A program made the translations under genes and the position numbers. The notes beneath the pieces were generated by a model. That model was not told where the DNA came from. It was given only the letters and a program-made list of their open reading frames with translations, and searched no databases. Below, piece after piece: positions 38,352 through 46,975 of a stretch of 61,027 bases of DNA. Position 1 is the first letter of the stretch. Each line of letters starts with the position of its first letter. The DNA lies in IMG/VR virus record IMGVR_UViG_3300033073_001175, positions 64,001 through 125,027 of that record; one strand, 5' to 3'. This stretch comes from a virus (Duplodnaviria; Heunggongvirae; Uroviricota; Caudoviricetes).

Positions 38352-38705
38352 ATGATAGGACAAAAATCTACATTACTCAGAAAAAAAATTAACGATAGAC
38401 ACGTACATTTCGAACCTATAAAATTAACGGAACTTAGGAAAATTGTTTCCACTTCTAATTACACAACCAATGGGGAAGAATTTATTGTCGTTAAAGATAT
38501 TGATTCATGTGTTTTAATTTTAAATGGTGAAACAACAAATAACATTAGAATAAAATCATTAAGTGAGACCATTATAAGACCCAGTAAAGGTCGTATTGAT
38601 GAATACTACGATGAAATAGTTATTAACAATAGAGCATGTATCGAATTAATCTATCTTAATGATACTTGGTATATATCATCATCAGATGGGATAAAGTTAG
38701 ATTAA
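38352..38705 (+). CDS. Small beta-rich putative structural protein
   Basis: 117 aa; IRIKSL..TIIRP..GRIDEYYDEIVI....IELIY..DTWYI pattern resembles fibre/decoration domains. Confidence 0.6.
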   Translation: MIGQKSTLLRKKINDRHVHFEPIKLTELRKIVSTSNYTTNGEEFIVVKDIDSCVLILNGETTNNIRIKSLSETIIRPSKGRIDEYYDEIVINNRACIELIYLNDTWYISSSDGIKLD

Positions 38706-41492
38706 CTTTTCTTCCCATCCTTCAGATGCTAAATCGTAGATATAGTTAGGGTCAAGTCCACGTTTCTCCCAATATTTTATTTCCCCCTCAGAAAGAGTTA
38801 ATACTTCTTCTAATTTATCTTGGTCCTTTTCCTCAAAAGGAACTCCGTTAATTAACTCACACTGGTCTTTAGTGAAGAAACCTCTATCGTCAGGTTTTGT
38901 AACTAATAATCCATCTCTAATTTCTTCTTTAAATACAACCAATAAAGGTTCTATACGTTTGTTAAAAGTAGCTATTGCTCTTGCGACATTATACTCACCC
39001 TTCATATCAGGATTATTCTCAATTTCCGAAGGGTCCAACATGTAACAATTAATCTGAACCATTGATGTTACAGAATCATCAGGAAATTTTCCATTTGCGG
39101 ACATATAATAATCTATTTGTTCTGTACTCCACCCTCGTTTAAGTTTAGTTACTTTTTGAACATCTCCTTGAGACGCTTTAGTCCCGTTATTAACATAATA
39201 AATAACATCACCCAAACTAACGTTTAATTTGTGTTTAGCGGCTAATTCCATATGTGCCATCATACTCATTGCTCCACCTGATTTTGTTTTTTGGGTTGAG
39301 CGTTTAACGTAGTCTTCCATTGAAAGTTTAACCTTAGCTCTTTGAGCAATCTTCATAAGTGGTATTTGTTGGGTGTAAATCTTATTAAGATACTCATAAT
39401 ACCACTCGACAAAATCTTGTCCCTTACCCTCCAACAATTGTTTAACACCTTTGTCTAAGAAATCCTCAATATACAGAGGTAGTTTTTTAGATTTAATAGT
39501 GTTACCTGTCAGTTTAATTTTTCCACTTGATTCCATAACTGCGTAGTTCTTACGAGCTAAGTTAATACATGACGGCCATGTTCCATCAGTATCTAACGCC
39601 ATTTCACCTCTCATGAAAGTATCATTAAATTCCGCAACGTCAGCATCGTCACCCGTATATTCTTTACCCTCTTTAACTTTCCAGTTCAGACCTTTACCAA
39701 TGTAACGTCTATTCTCCCACCCTTCAGGTTTAGAGAAGTTAACACCGTCAGTATCCATTACAAGAGGAGTATAACCCTTCTTCATAAAGAACTTAATCAT
39801 TTGACGAAGATACTGTCTACCTGTACAAGTAATCTGTTCCCCCATATACATGTCCCCCCAAGCAAAAACTTGAGGTGCTGATAACGCTCCGAACATCGAG
39901 TTGATGAAGATTTTAATTGGTAACTGTTTACGGTCATAAGATAGTGATTTCTTTTTATCTTTATCGTACCATTCAGAAGCTAAGTTTTTATACATAATAC
40001 GAGCGTTACGGAAATACGATAACATTCCTTTCATACCTCCCATAATATCACATTCAGGGAATACATCGTGTACCAATTGAATTGATGGGTATAGGGATGA
40101 GTAGTCAAGTTTTAACACATTTCTTGAATAACCTACTTTAAGTAATCTGGATAACCCCCCAACAAATTCAGTTTTTTCTTGTTTCTTAGGAATAGCTAAC
40201 TTGTATTTATATGACCAAGCTAGCATTAACATTTTCCATAATGTTGCAGTACCCATTGTGGACACCCTTTCATATGTTGTTGGAATCATCGATGCTAATA
40301 GAAACGTACCTTGGTTGAACTCCTCATCGACCAATAACGTTTCTTCCAAGTCATCGTCAAGATATCTCTCAACAATATCATCACCTGTAGTCTTTAAATA
40401 GATATCACTCCTTCTCTCACAAATCTCATCAACCTTTTCACTATCACCGACTCTTTTATACTTACCGTTCTCAATATTTAACCAATATTCATTTTTTTCG
40501 GCGTACATAGGACCAATTTTATCATGGTCAATATATATACGGTCAGGAGCCTCGGCATTAATATATTGTGTAATATATTTCAAACCTGCGGATTTAATAC
40601 TTGAGTTAATTGCTTGAGCTCGTCTTACTGAATGTAAGATGTCAATTATATTATAACCCCACATACCAACTTGGTTGTATCTTTCCACTTCATTGGCAAG
40701 TTTTAATAAATTTTCACTTTGTTTGATATTAATATCAGGTTTCAGAGTATGACATATTTTCTTTATGTCTAAATTAAGTGCTTTACATCTCTCAAATATC
40801 CAATACCAGTCGAAATTAAATGAGTTATAACCACCTATAATACTTGGTTTAATCTCATTGATAGTTCTAAAGAACTCGACTAACCCTCTTCTTTCTTCAT
40901 CTTCATTTGAACACTCAATTACTTTTTTGAAACCTTTGTTTGTTTTCATTCCAATCATGAAGATACGACCGTCTTTTGGTTCTAATGCGGTCGTCTCCAA
41001 GTCGAATCCGAATCTAGTGATATCGTTATATTCTTCGTATCCTTTAAATAATCGTTTCTCTTTTTGGATGAGGTATTGTTCGACAGGAGGTAAAATTAAA
41101 ATTTTATCTTTAGTTCTTTCTCCCCACGGGTCTACTCCCCCGTCTCTAAAAAATTGGATTAACTCTCTGTAACCTTTAAGTGATTTAACCATAAAGTTTA
41201 AACCTTGCTCAAGACGTTCATTTTTCCCCGTCTCTAATTTCTCAATCATAATACCATACTTGGTCATAGCCTCTTTTTGTAGACCTTTGGATGATTGATA
41301 AAAATTTAAATTTCTTAGGTCCCCGACCCAAGCAAATGGAGTGAAAGTGTCCTTTCTAATTTCCTTACCTTTTCCAGGAATTTCTTTGATTTTAAAGATT
41401 GAATTGGATGCGTAGTCAAATTCTATCGCAACAATAAATTCTTCAGGGTCACCTCCCTCTAGGAAGGATTTGATTTCTTCTTGACTTATCAT
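38697..41492 (-). CDS. polB: Family B DNA polymerase with 3'-5' exonuclease
   Basis: ExoI FDLETT, ExoII GYNSFNFDW, ExoIII YLDDD, motif A LDYSSLYPS, motif B KIFINSMFG, motif C DTDG. Confidence 0.97.
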   Translation of the reverse strand: MISQEEIKSFLEGGDPEEFIVAIEFDYASNSIFKIKEIPGKGKEIRKDTFTPFAWVGDLRNLNFYQSSKGLQKEAMTKYGIMIEKLETGKNERLEQGLNFMVKSLKGYRELIQFFRDGGVDPWGERTKDKILILPPVEQYLIQKEKRLFKGYEEYNDITRFGFDLETTALEPKDGRIFMIGMKTNKGFKKVIECSNEDEERRGLVEFFRTINEIKPSIIGGYNSFNFDWYWIFERCKALNLDIKKICHTLKPDINIKQSENLLKLANEVERYNQVGMWGYNIIDILHSVRRAQAINSSIKSAGLKYITQYINAEAPDRIYIDHDKIGPMYAEKNEYWLNIENGKYKRVGDSEKVDEICERRSDIYLKTTGDDIVERYLDDDLEETLLVDEEFNQGTFLLASMIPTTYERVSTMGTATLWKMLMLAWSYKYKLAIPKKQEKTEFVGGLSRLLKVGYSRNVLKLDYSSLYPSIQLVHDVFPECDIMGGMKGMLSYFRNARIMYKNLASEWYDKDKKKSLSYDRKQLPIKIFINSMFGALSAPQVFAWGDMYMGEQITCTGRQYLRQMIKFFMKKGYTPLVMDTDGVNFSKPEGWENRRYIGKGLNWKVKEGKEYTGDDADVAEFNDTFMRGEMALDTDGTWPSCINLARKNYAVMESSGKIKLTGNTIKSKKLPLYIEDFLDKGVKQLLEGKGQDFVEWYYEYLNKIYTQQIPLMKIAQRAKVKLSMEDYVKRSTQKTKSGGAMSMMAHMELAAKHKLNVSLGDVIYYVNNGTKASQGDVQKVTKLKRGWSTEQIDYYMSANGKFPDDSVTSMVQINCYMLDPSEIENNPDMKGEYNVARAIATFNKRIEPLLVVFKEEIRDGLLVTKPDDRGFFTKDQCELINGVPFEEKDQDKLEEVLTLSEGEIKYWEKRGLDPNYIYDLASEGWEEKLI

Positions 41493-41553
41493 AATATACT
41501 TTTAGACGGTTTATTAGCTGCCGTACTATGACGACATTCACCTTACCTTATTA

Positions 41554-41582
41554 AGTATATTTATAAATTCATTTTAAGTCAA
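41554..41582 (-). promoter_or_regulatory. Sigma70-type promoter for the DNA polymerase gene
   Basis: Minus strand TTGACT (41582-41577)-17 nt-TATACT (41559-41554); same -10 hexamer as the ssb promoter. Confidence 0.8.
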
Positions 41583-41584
41583 AC

Positions 41585-43144
41585 TTAAATACATGATGGG
41601 TTAGAAATTATAATTCCATTAGAGAATTCATACAAAGTATACACCGAATTAATATTTGATATGTAATAACCATTAACATTTGATGGTGACGAAGCGTTAC
41701 AAGAAGAATAAACCGAGTCACCTACTTGTGGGTTAGGATTATTAAACCAAGCAGAAATCGCCCCTGAACCATAACAAGTTGATGAGTTTAAACAAGATAA
41801 TGAATTACAAGCCAGTAACAAGTCATTAATAAATGGACCTGATGTATTTGTTGAATAAGTCAGGTATATCTGATATTGATTTACTCCACAAGGTGACTGC
41901 GTAGGGGTTGGGGTCATAGTTTCAGTAGGGGTTGGGGCCATGGTTTCTGTGGGTGTGGGAGTTGGTATGTTTGAACCAAAAACCGCATTGATGCTAGCCC
42001 CACTAGATAAAAGGACTGACGCAACATTTGAACCTATTCCTCCGCCTATAATTACACCATAAGAACTCCAACCAGCAAAATAATAACCCATTGCAGGTAT
42101 TCCTGATATCGAGTATAATGTATTAAGCTCAACATCAATTGTTGTAGTGTTAGAGTATGGTGTCCCGTTAAACATAATAATACCTTGTGTTGGATTTATG
42201 TTAATTGTTAAAGGGACTAACGGATTAGGGGTTGGTGTTGGTGTTGGTGTAGGATTAGGGGTTGGTGTTGGCGTAGGGTAATCTTCATAAATAACCCAAT
42301 ATAAATTTTGTGGGCTAACGACAATATCCCCAAATGAATCTTCCTTAGTTAATAAGTTATAATCGTCAGCTAAAATAATTTGGGTCTTACCCGTAAATTC
42401 TCCGACAGATATTGTTACACCTGTTGATATTGTTATTGGTTCAGTATTAGTGCCCAACATATGAGTGAACTCCATACTTATTTCCTCATTATAAGTTTGA
42501 TTAGATGTTAATATATAATCTATTACAATTGAACCTGGTGTAATAACAGTTTCTAAGGTTACCGATAAAGGTAATGTTGTTGTAGTTGTAACAGGTTCAG
42601 GAAATGTTGTTGTAGTTGTAACAGGTTCAGGTATTGTTGTTGTAGTTGTTACGGGAGTTGGTGTAGGTTCAGGACATGTCGGACAACTAGGGCAAGGTGT
42701 TGTAGTTGTGGTTGTAATATAAGGAGGGTTAACACAACATGGGAATTCTGATGTGTAACAACTTTCATAAGGTAAATCATCAGCAATAAATGATTCCTGA
42801 ACATTAATGAATAATTTTTCACGAATTGGTAATATTAACACACCATCGTCACTTCTTAACATAAATTGACCCTCGTATCTACCCACTTTATTAGTGTCTC
42901 TGTTTTGGAATTGATAATAAATGTAGTACTCGGGTTCTGCATTAGGTTCTATAAATTCTTTCTCAACAAACCCCGCAGGTCTAGATGATATTTTAGGGAT
43001 ACCGCTTTCAACGTCAACCATAGAAAAGAATAATGCGGATAACTCTATTGTTTTCATAAAGTTATCGTAATCACTTCTACCATCCTTAACCACTTGTAAT
43101 TTTAACAATGGTAAAGTGGCGTTCTTTTTAATGAAAAATTCCAT
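41585..43144 (-). CDS. BppU-like baseplate/fibre protein with Thr-Pro linkers and Cys-containing domains
   Basis: N-terminal FFIKKNATLPLLKL...YYQFQNRDTNKVGRYEGQF (BppU-N pattern), several TP/TTTTT linkers, a GYYFAGWS repeat-type domain, Cys-rich C-terminal domain. Confidence 0.72.
   Translation of the reverse strand: MEFFIKKNATLPLLKLQVVKDGRSDYDNFMKTIELSALFFSMVDVESGIPKISSRPAGFVEKEFIEPNAEPEYYIYYQFQNRDTNKVGRYEGQFMLRSDDGVLILPIREKLFINVQESFIADDLPYESCYTSEFPCCVNPPYITTTTTTPCPSCPTCPEPTPTPVTTTTTIPEPVTTTTTFPEPVTTTTTLPLSVTLETVITPGSIVIDYILTSNQTYNEEISMEFTHMLGTNTEPITISTGVTISVGEFTGKTQIILADDYNLLTKEDSFGDIVVSPQNLYWVIYEDYPTPTPTPNPTPTPTPTPNPLVPLTININPTQGIIMFNGTPYSNTTTIDVELNTLYSISGIPAMGYYFAGWSSYGVIIGGGIGSNVASVLLSSGASINAVFGSNIPTPTPTETMAPTPTETMTPTPTQSPCGVNQYQIYLTYSTNTSGPFINDLLLACNSLSCLNSSTCYGSGAISAWFNNPNPQVGDSVYSSCNASSPSNVNGYYISNINSVYTLYEFSNGIIISNPSCI
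42571..42650 (-). repeat. 30-nt tandem repeat (about 2.7 copies) encoding TTTTT(I/F)PEPV
   Basis: Near-identical units at 42571-42600, 42601-42630 and 42631-42650. Confidence 0.9.
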
Positions 43145-43168
43145 CTATCTCTTTTGATTATAATTATT

Positions 43169-43639
43169 TTAAATTCCTAAATATGATATAATATTATGGT
43201 ATTCAAGCTTTAAAATTTCACGTTTATCAATCATTTCTTGGGGTATTGTCGTACCATCTAAAACATATCTTTCTATAGTTTCCTGCATTCCCTCTATCTG
43301 TGAAATTTTTTGGGAATATAAAATCCTAATTTTATTTTTCAGAACTTCTTTTCCATTTATGTTTAAATCTCCGTCCTCAGTTAATAGTGAATCATCATTT
43401 ATTGTTAATAAATATAATTTTTTTATCTCATCACTTAAAGATTCATAAATCAATGGAACACTAATTGTTAAATATATTGGTACATACCCTTCTCTTATAA
43501 CACTATTTTCATTGAAATTTTCTCTTAATTCCTCAAGCCCAATTTCATTATAGTAAACTATCATAGATTTATTTATTAATTCCCCGTTTATCTCAACCGT
43601 AGAATTAATTATCTGGTAAAATTTCTCGTTTTTTTTCAT
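43169..43639 (-). CDS. Hypothetical protein (possible fibre chaperone)
   Basis: 156 aa, directly downstream of the tailspike-like gene; helical C-terminus. Confidence 0.65.
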   Translation of the reverse strand: MKKNEKFYQIINSTVEINGELINKSMIVYYNEIGLEELRENFNENSVIREGYVPIYLTISVPLIYESLSDEIKKLYLLTINDDSLLTEDGDLNINGKEVLKNKIRILYSQKISQIEGMQETIERYVLDGTTIPQEMIDKREILKLEYHNIISYLGI

Positions 43640-43640
43640 A

Positions 43641-46600
43641 TTATAACCTTAATTTTAAATTAAATAAGTTTGTTACACCTGAAGGATTTGTTGACCAAGT
43701 AGGGGTTACCCATCTTATTTGTAGTCTATCCCCGCTAGTAACTGATAAAGGAGTACCCAAAACATAATTGTTATTTATTGAAGACGAAAGTCCGCTAATT
43801 GTTACGTTCCTAAGTCTTTTACCACTTGTACCTGTTGGGTTAACACTAAATCTTATTAACATTTGAGACGAAGTTGCAGGAATTGACACTGTAGAACTAA
43901 CATAATTTGTTGAACCTGTTGGTGTTGCCGTTGTTCCCGCACTTGTATAAGAGATACCATTATTTAACGAGTACTCTATTAATATAGGACCATCAGTACC
44001 CGCACCAAATTTAGCCACTTCAGTGGATACGTTTAAAGAAGCATATGCGGTACCATCAATTGATGGTGATGTTAATGTTGACGTTGTACCTGTTAAACCA
44101 GCATATGGTGACGCACCTGCAACAAACGTTGTTTGGAACGATGTCCAACCCGCTGGTTGTGTCCCTGAAGAAAATGGTTCAACGATTATTGATACAGGTG
44201 TTCCCGAAACATATTGTAATGTTGAAGTAACTACTTGAGAGGTGCTTGCCGATAAATTGTGTAGGGTTATTGTAGAGTTTTCAGAGGAACCTCCCCCAAA
44301 GTTAGAAATGATTGATACTTCGGTAATACTTCCCGTATATTGTGAATTAACCGTCCACGCGTCTCTGTTTGCGGTACTTGGTGTTAAACTTTGTAAGGCT
44401 CCAATATAATAAGTTGTTGCATCAGCAGGTCCGACAGAACTATGACCTAATACCATATTAACAAATGATGGTACATTAAGATATGTTGATGCTGATATAG
44501 TTGTTGCAGTTAAACCGCCAGTAACCGTCCATCCTGTAACCGAATTAATTACTGTAGTTAAATCAGGTTGACCATTATTTTGTTTTAACGTAAGAACATT
44601 ATTATTATAAGTGAATGCAGTTACAAAAGTGTTAGGGTCAACAGGTAAGTTCTGATATGTTGTCGCAGATATTGTTGTTGCCGTTAAATTACCATTTACC
44701 GTCCATCCTGTTACATTATTTATAGATGCCGTTAAATCAGGTTGACCATTGTTTTGTTGTAACGTAAATACATTATTACCGTATGTAAAACCTGTAACAA
44801 ATGTATTAGGGTCAACAGGTAAATTTTGATATGTTGTTGCTGATATTACATTACTTGTAATTGTCCCAGCACTATATATATCATTACCACCCATATTAAG
44901 GTCACCTTCCATAGCTCTCGACCCATCAACTAAAAGGTATTGTGTATGGTCATCGGCCGATAATCCTAATAAATTAGCATGTAGCGATGAAGCGTTAACC
45001 CCACCAGCCTTAAAACCAATTACAGGTCTAATATCCTCAATCTGAATAATATTTGAGGCTCCTTGTTGGACATAGATACTAGCGATTTGTGTGACAGAAT
45101 CATCAAAATAAGGTGGTGGTGTTGGTAACAACCCATTTTCAGTTTGTACTAATGTTGGGTATTGATTTTGACCTAATACTAAAAAATATTGTTCATTAAT
45201 ACCATCCCCAACTACATATAAAGTATGTTTTGTAAACGCCGTTGTAGGTAATGGGGATATTGTTCCACTTCCATCATCATACCCGTTTACGACTTCAGTT
45301 GTTGCTGAAGTAGTCCATCCTGTCGTACCATCACTGTAATACATTATAAATGTAATATTAGTTCCACCACTTGGTAGATACTCATTTGTTGAGTAGTAAT
45401 AATCACCACCTGTCACATCTAAATGATAAGGTGTTACATTTTCTGTTACAATTGACCCTGAGTCATAAATTGGTCCTAACGCATTTCTAAATAAATTACC
45501 ATATAAATTAGAAGTATGGTTAGCATTTAACGGGCTAGCATCAATCATTATAATGTCTGTGGAGTTAGTAACCACTCTACCAAGTACTATATTATAAATT
45601 GAATTCGGTCTTGTCCCTGTATTTGATAATATACCATTTTGATTTATATAGATATATTGATTACTATTTGCAGGTAATATATGTTTTATATCTGCCCAAT
45701 CATATCTTTTAATTATACCATTGTTAATTATACTTTCTAAATAACCATAACCTTCAGAAATATTTATTGTAAGACCACTTAAAATGGTAATTACACCACC
45801 CTCAAGAACCCCCATGGTCCCTCCCTCAAAAATAAGAGTGGATAAATCAGTGTGAGTTCCATCTTTAAAGGTAACTGATACTTTTCTTGTGATATCAAGT
45901 TCTCCATCTTCATGGTCTAAGAAACTCCAAAATACATTTTCAGATGAATTACTAATGTATTGGTGTGATAAACTTCCTTGTATAGTACCTTTAGTTTGAG
46001 GGTTATCAACCTGTAAATCATATGTGTTGGAATTAAAAATGCTTATCCCATCAATGTCAAAATAACAAGCCCCTCCTACATTAGGGAAATATACACCAAC
46101 ATCCCACCCTCTAATGTTAACATTAGATATTAATAAATTGGCATAGTCTTCCGATTTAAAAGCGATAGACCCTGGAGTGTTAACACCAACACAATCACCA
46201 CTGTTAAAACTTAATAATGACCCTAATCCTTGGCAAAAATTTGCTATAGTTGCAGAACCTGATGGAAAATTAAAATGGTTTTCTAATGATACCAACGAAC
46301 TATATCCATTGTTAGCACTAACATATACACCATATGAATATAAACCATTTAAATCGATATATTCACCATAAAATTGTGTGTTCGATACGGAAGAAGTAAC
46401 ACTAATATGTACATCATTATCGTACATAGATACTTTATGAACTAAGGCGAAACCATCGATATCCTCACATGAGATACCAATACCTGAAGTTGCTCCACTA
46501 ATAGTTAAGAAAGATATTTCACCTGTATTACCTAAATTAAATACTATGTTTGACGGGTCGTCAGGAGTAATTAACACAGTATTTATGTCGGCACCTACAA

Positions 46601-46928
46601 TACTAATATAGGGTTTATTTGATAAATCAATCGAAGGTTCTACATATATACCAGGTCCTACTTGAATAGAATATCTATTAGTAAATGATGACCCTGTTAT
46701 TGATTGAACGGCATCATACAATGTTGTAAATTGCACATTACCCCCTTTACCTACTTTTATAATATTTTGCACAAATGAATTATCTAAAACATATTCTGTT
46801 AGGTCATCTATTTTAGTTTCACTTGTTGTCCCTGACGGGTCAAGATAATTAACAAAAGGGACTATATCATTTGAGGTAAAACCTGTTCTACCAACATAAG
46901 GAAGTTCTGATATTTTTACGTTTGACAT
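43641..46928 (-). CDS. Tail fibre/tailspike with pectin-lyase-like beta-helix
   Basis: MSNVKISELP fibre N-terminus; GNVQFTTLYDAVQSI....IQVGPGIYVE...KPYISIVG beta-helix start; HANLLGLSADDHTQYL fibre motif; internal 58-aa repeats. Confidence 0.78.
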   Translation of the reverse strand: MSNVKISELPYVGRTGFTSNDIVPFVNYLDPSGTTSETKIDDLTEYVLDNSFVQNIIKVGKGGNVQFTTLYDAVQSITGSSFTNRYSIQVGPGIYVEPSIDLSNKPYISIVGADINTVLITPDDPSNIVFNLGNTGEISFLTISGATSGIGISCEDIDGFALVHKVSMYDNDVHISVTSSVSNTQFYGEYIDLNGLYSYGVYVSANNGYSSLVSLENHFNFPSGSATIANFCQGLGSLLSFNSGDCVGVNTPGSIAFKSEDYANLLISNVNIRGWDVGVYFPNVGGACYFDIDGISIFNSNTYDLQVDNPQTKGTIQGSLSHQYISNSSENVFWSFLDHEDGELDITRKVSVTFKDGTHTDLSTLIFEGGTMGVLEGGVITILSGLTINISEGYGYLESIINNGIIKRYDWADIKHILPANSNQYIYINQNGILSNTGTRPNSIYNIVLGRVVTNSTDIIMIDASPLNANHTSNLYGNLFRNALGPIYDSGSIVTENVTPYHLDVTGGDYYYSTNEYLPSGGTNITFIMYYSDGTTGWTTSATTEVVNGYDDGSGTISPLPTTAFTKHTLYVVGDGINEQYFLVLGQNQYPTLVQTENGLLPTPPPYFDDSVTQIASIYVQQGASNIIQIEDIRPVIGFKAGGVNASSLHANLLGLSADDHTQYLLVDGSRAMEGDLNMGGNDIYSAGTITSNVISATTYQNLPVDPNTFVTGFTYGNNVFTLQQNNGQPDLTASINNVTGWTVNGNLTATTISATTYQNLPVDPNTFVTAFTYNNNVLTLKQNNGQPDLTTVINSVTGWTVTGGLTATTISASTYLNVPSFVNMVLGHSSVGPADATTYYIGALQSLTPSTANRDAWTVNSQYTGSITEVSIISNFGGGSSENSTITLHNLSASTSQVVTSTLQYVSGTPVSIIVEPFSSGTQPAGWTSFQTTFVAGASPYAGLTGTTSTLTSPSIDGTAYASLNVSTEVAKFGAGTDGPILIEYSLNNGISYTSAGTTATPTGSTNYVSSTVSIPATSSQMLIRFSVNPTGTSGKRLRNVTISGLSSSINNNYVLGTPLSVTSGDRLQIRWVTPTWSTNPSGVTNLFNLKLRL
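44470..44846 (-). repeat. 174-nt (58-aa) tandem duplication inside the fibre gene
   Basis: ISATTYQNLP starts at 44846 and 44672, ISASTYLNVP at 44498; exact 174-nt period. Confidence 0.92.
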
Positions 46929-46943
46929 TCTATTTTTTTATTA

Positions 46944-46950
46944 ATAAATA
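46944..46950 (-). promoter_or_regulatory. Putative phage-specific promoter box TATTTAT for the fibre operon
   Basis: CTATTTATTAATAAAA context, 15 nt before the ATG at 46928. Confidence 0.5.
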
Positions 46951-46975
46951 GTTTGAAGTCGTAAAAATAAACTAT

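Noticed and set aside
969-41492. Introns, inteins or homing endonucleases in nrdA, nrdB, dnaB, recA or polB
   Set aside because: Lengths are normal, catalytic motifs are contiguous, and I saw no intein splice or LAGLIDADG/HNH motifs.
41585-46928. Diversity-generating retroelement acting on the fibre genes
   Set aside because: No reverse transcriptase, and no template/variable repeat pair differing only at adenines; the 174-nt repeats differ at all base types.
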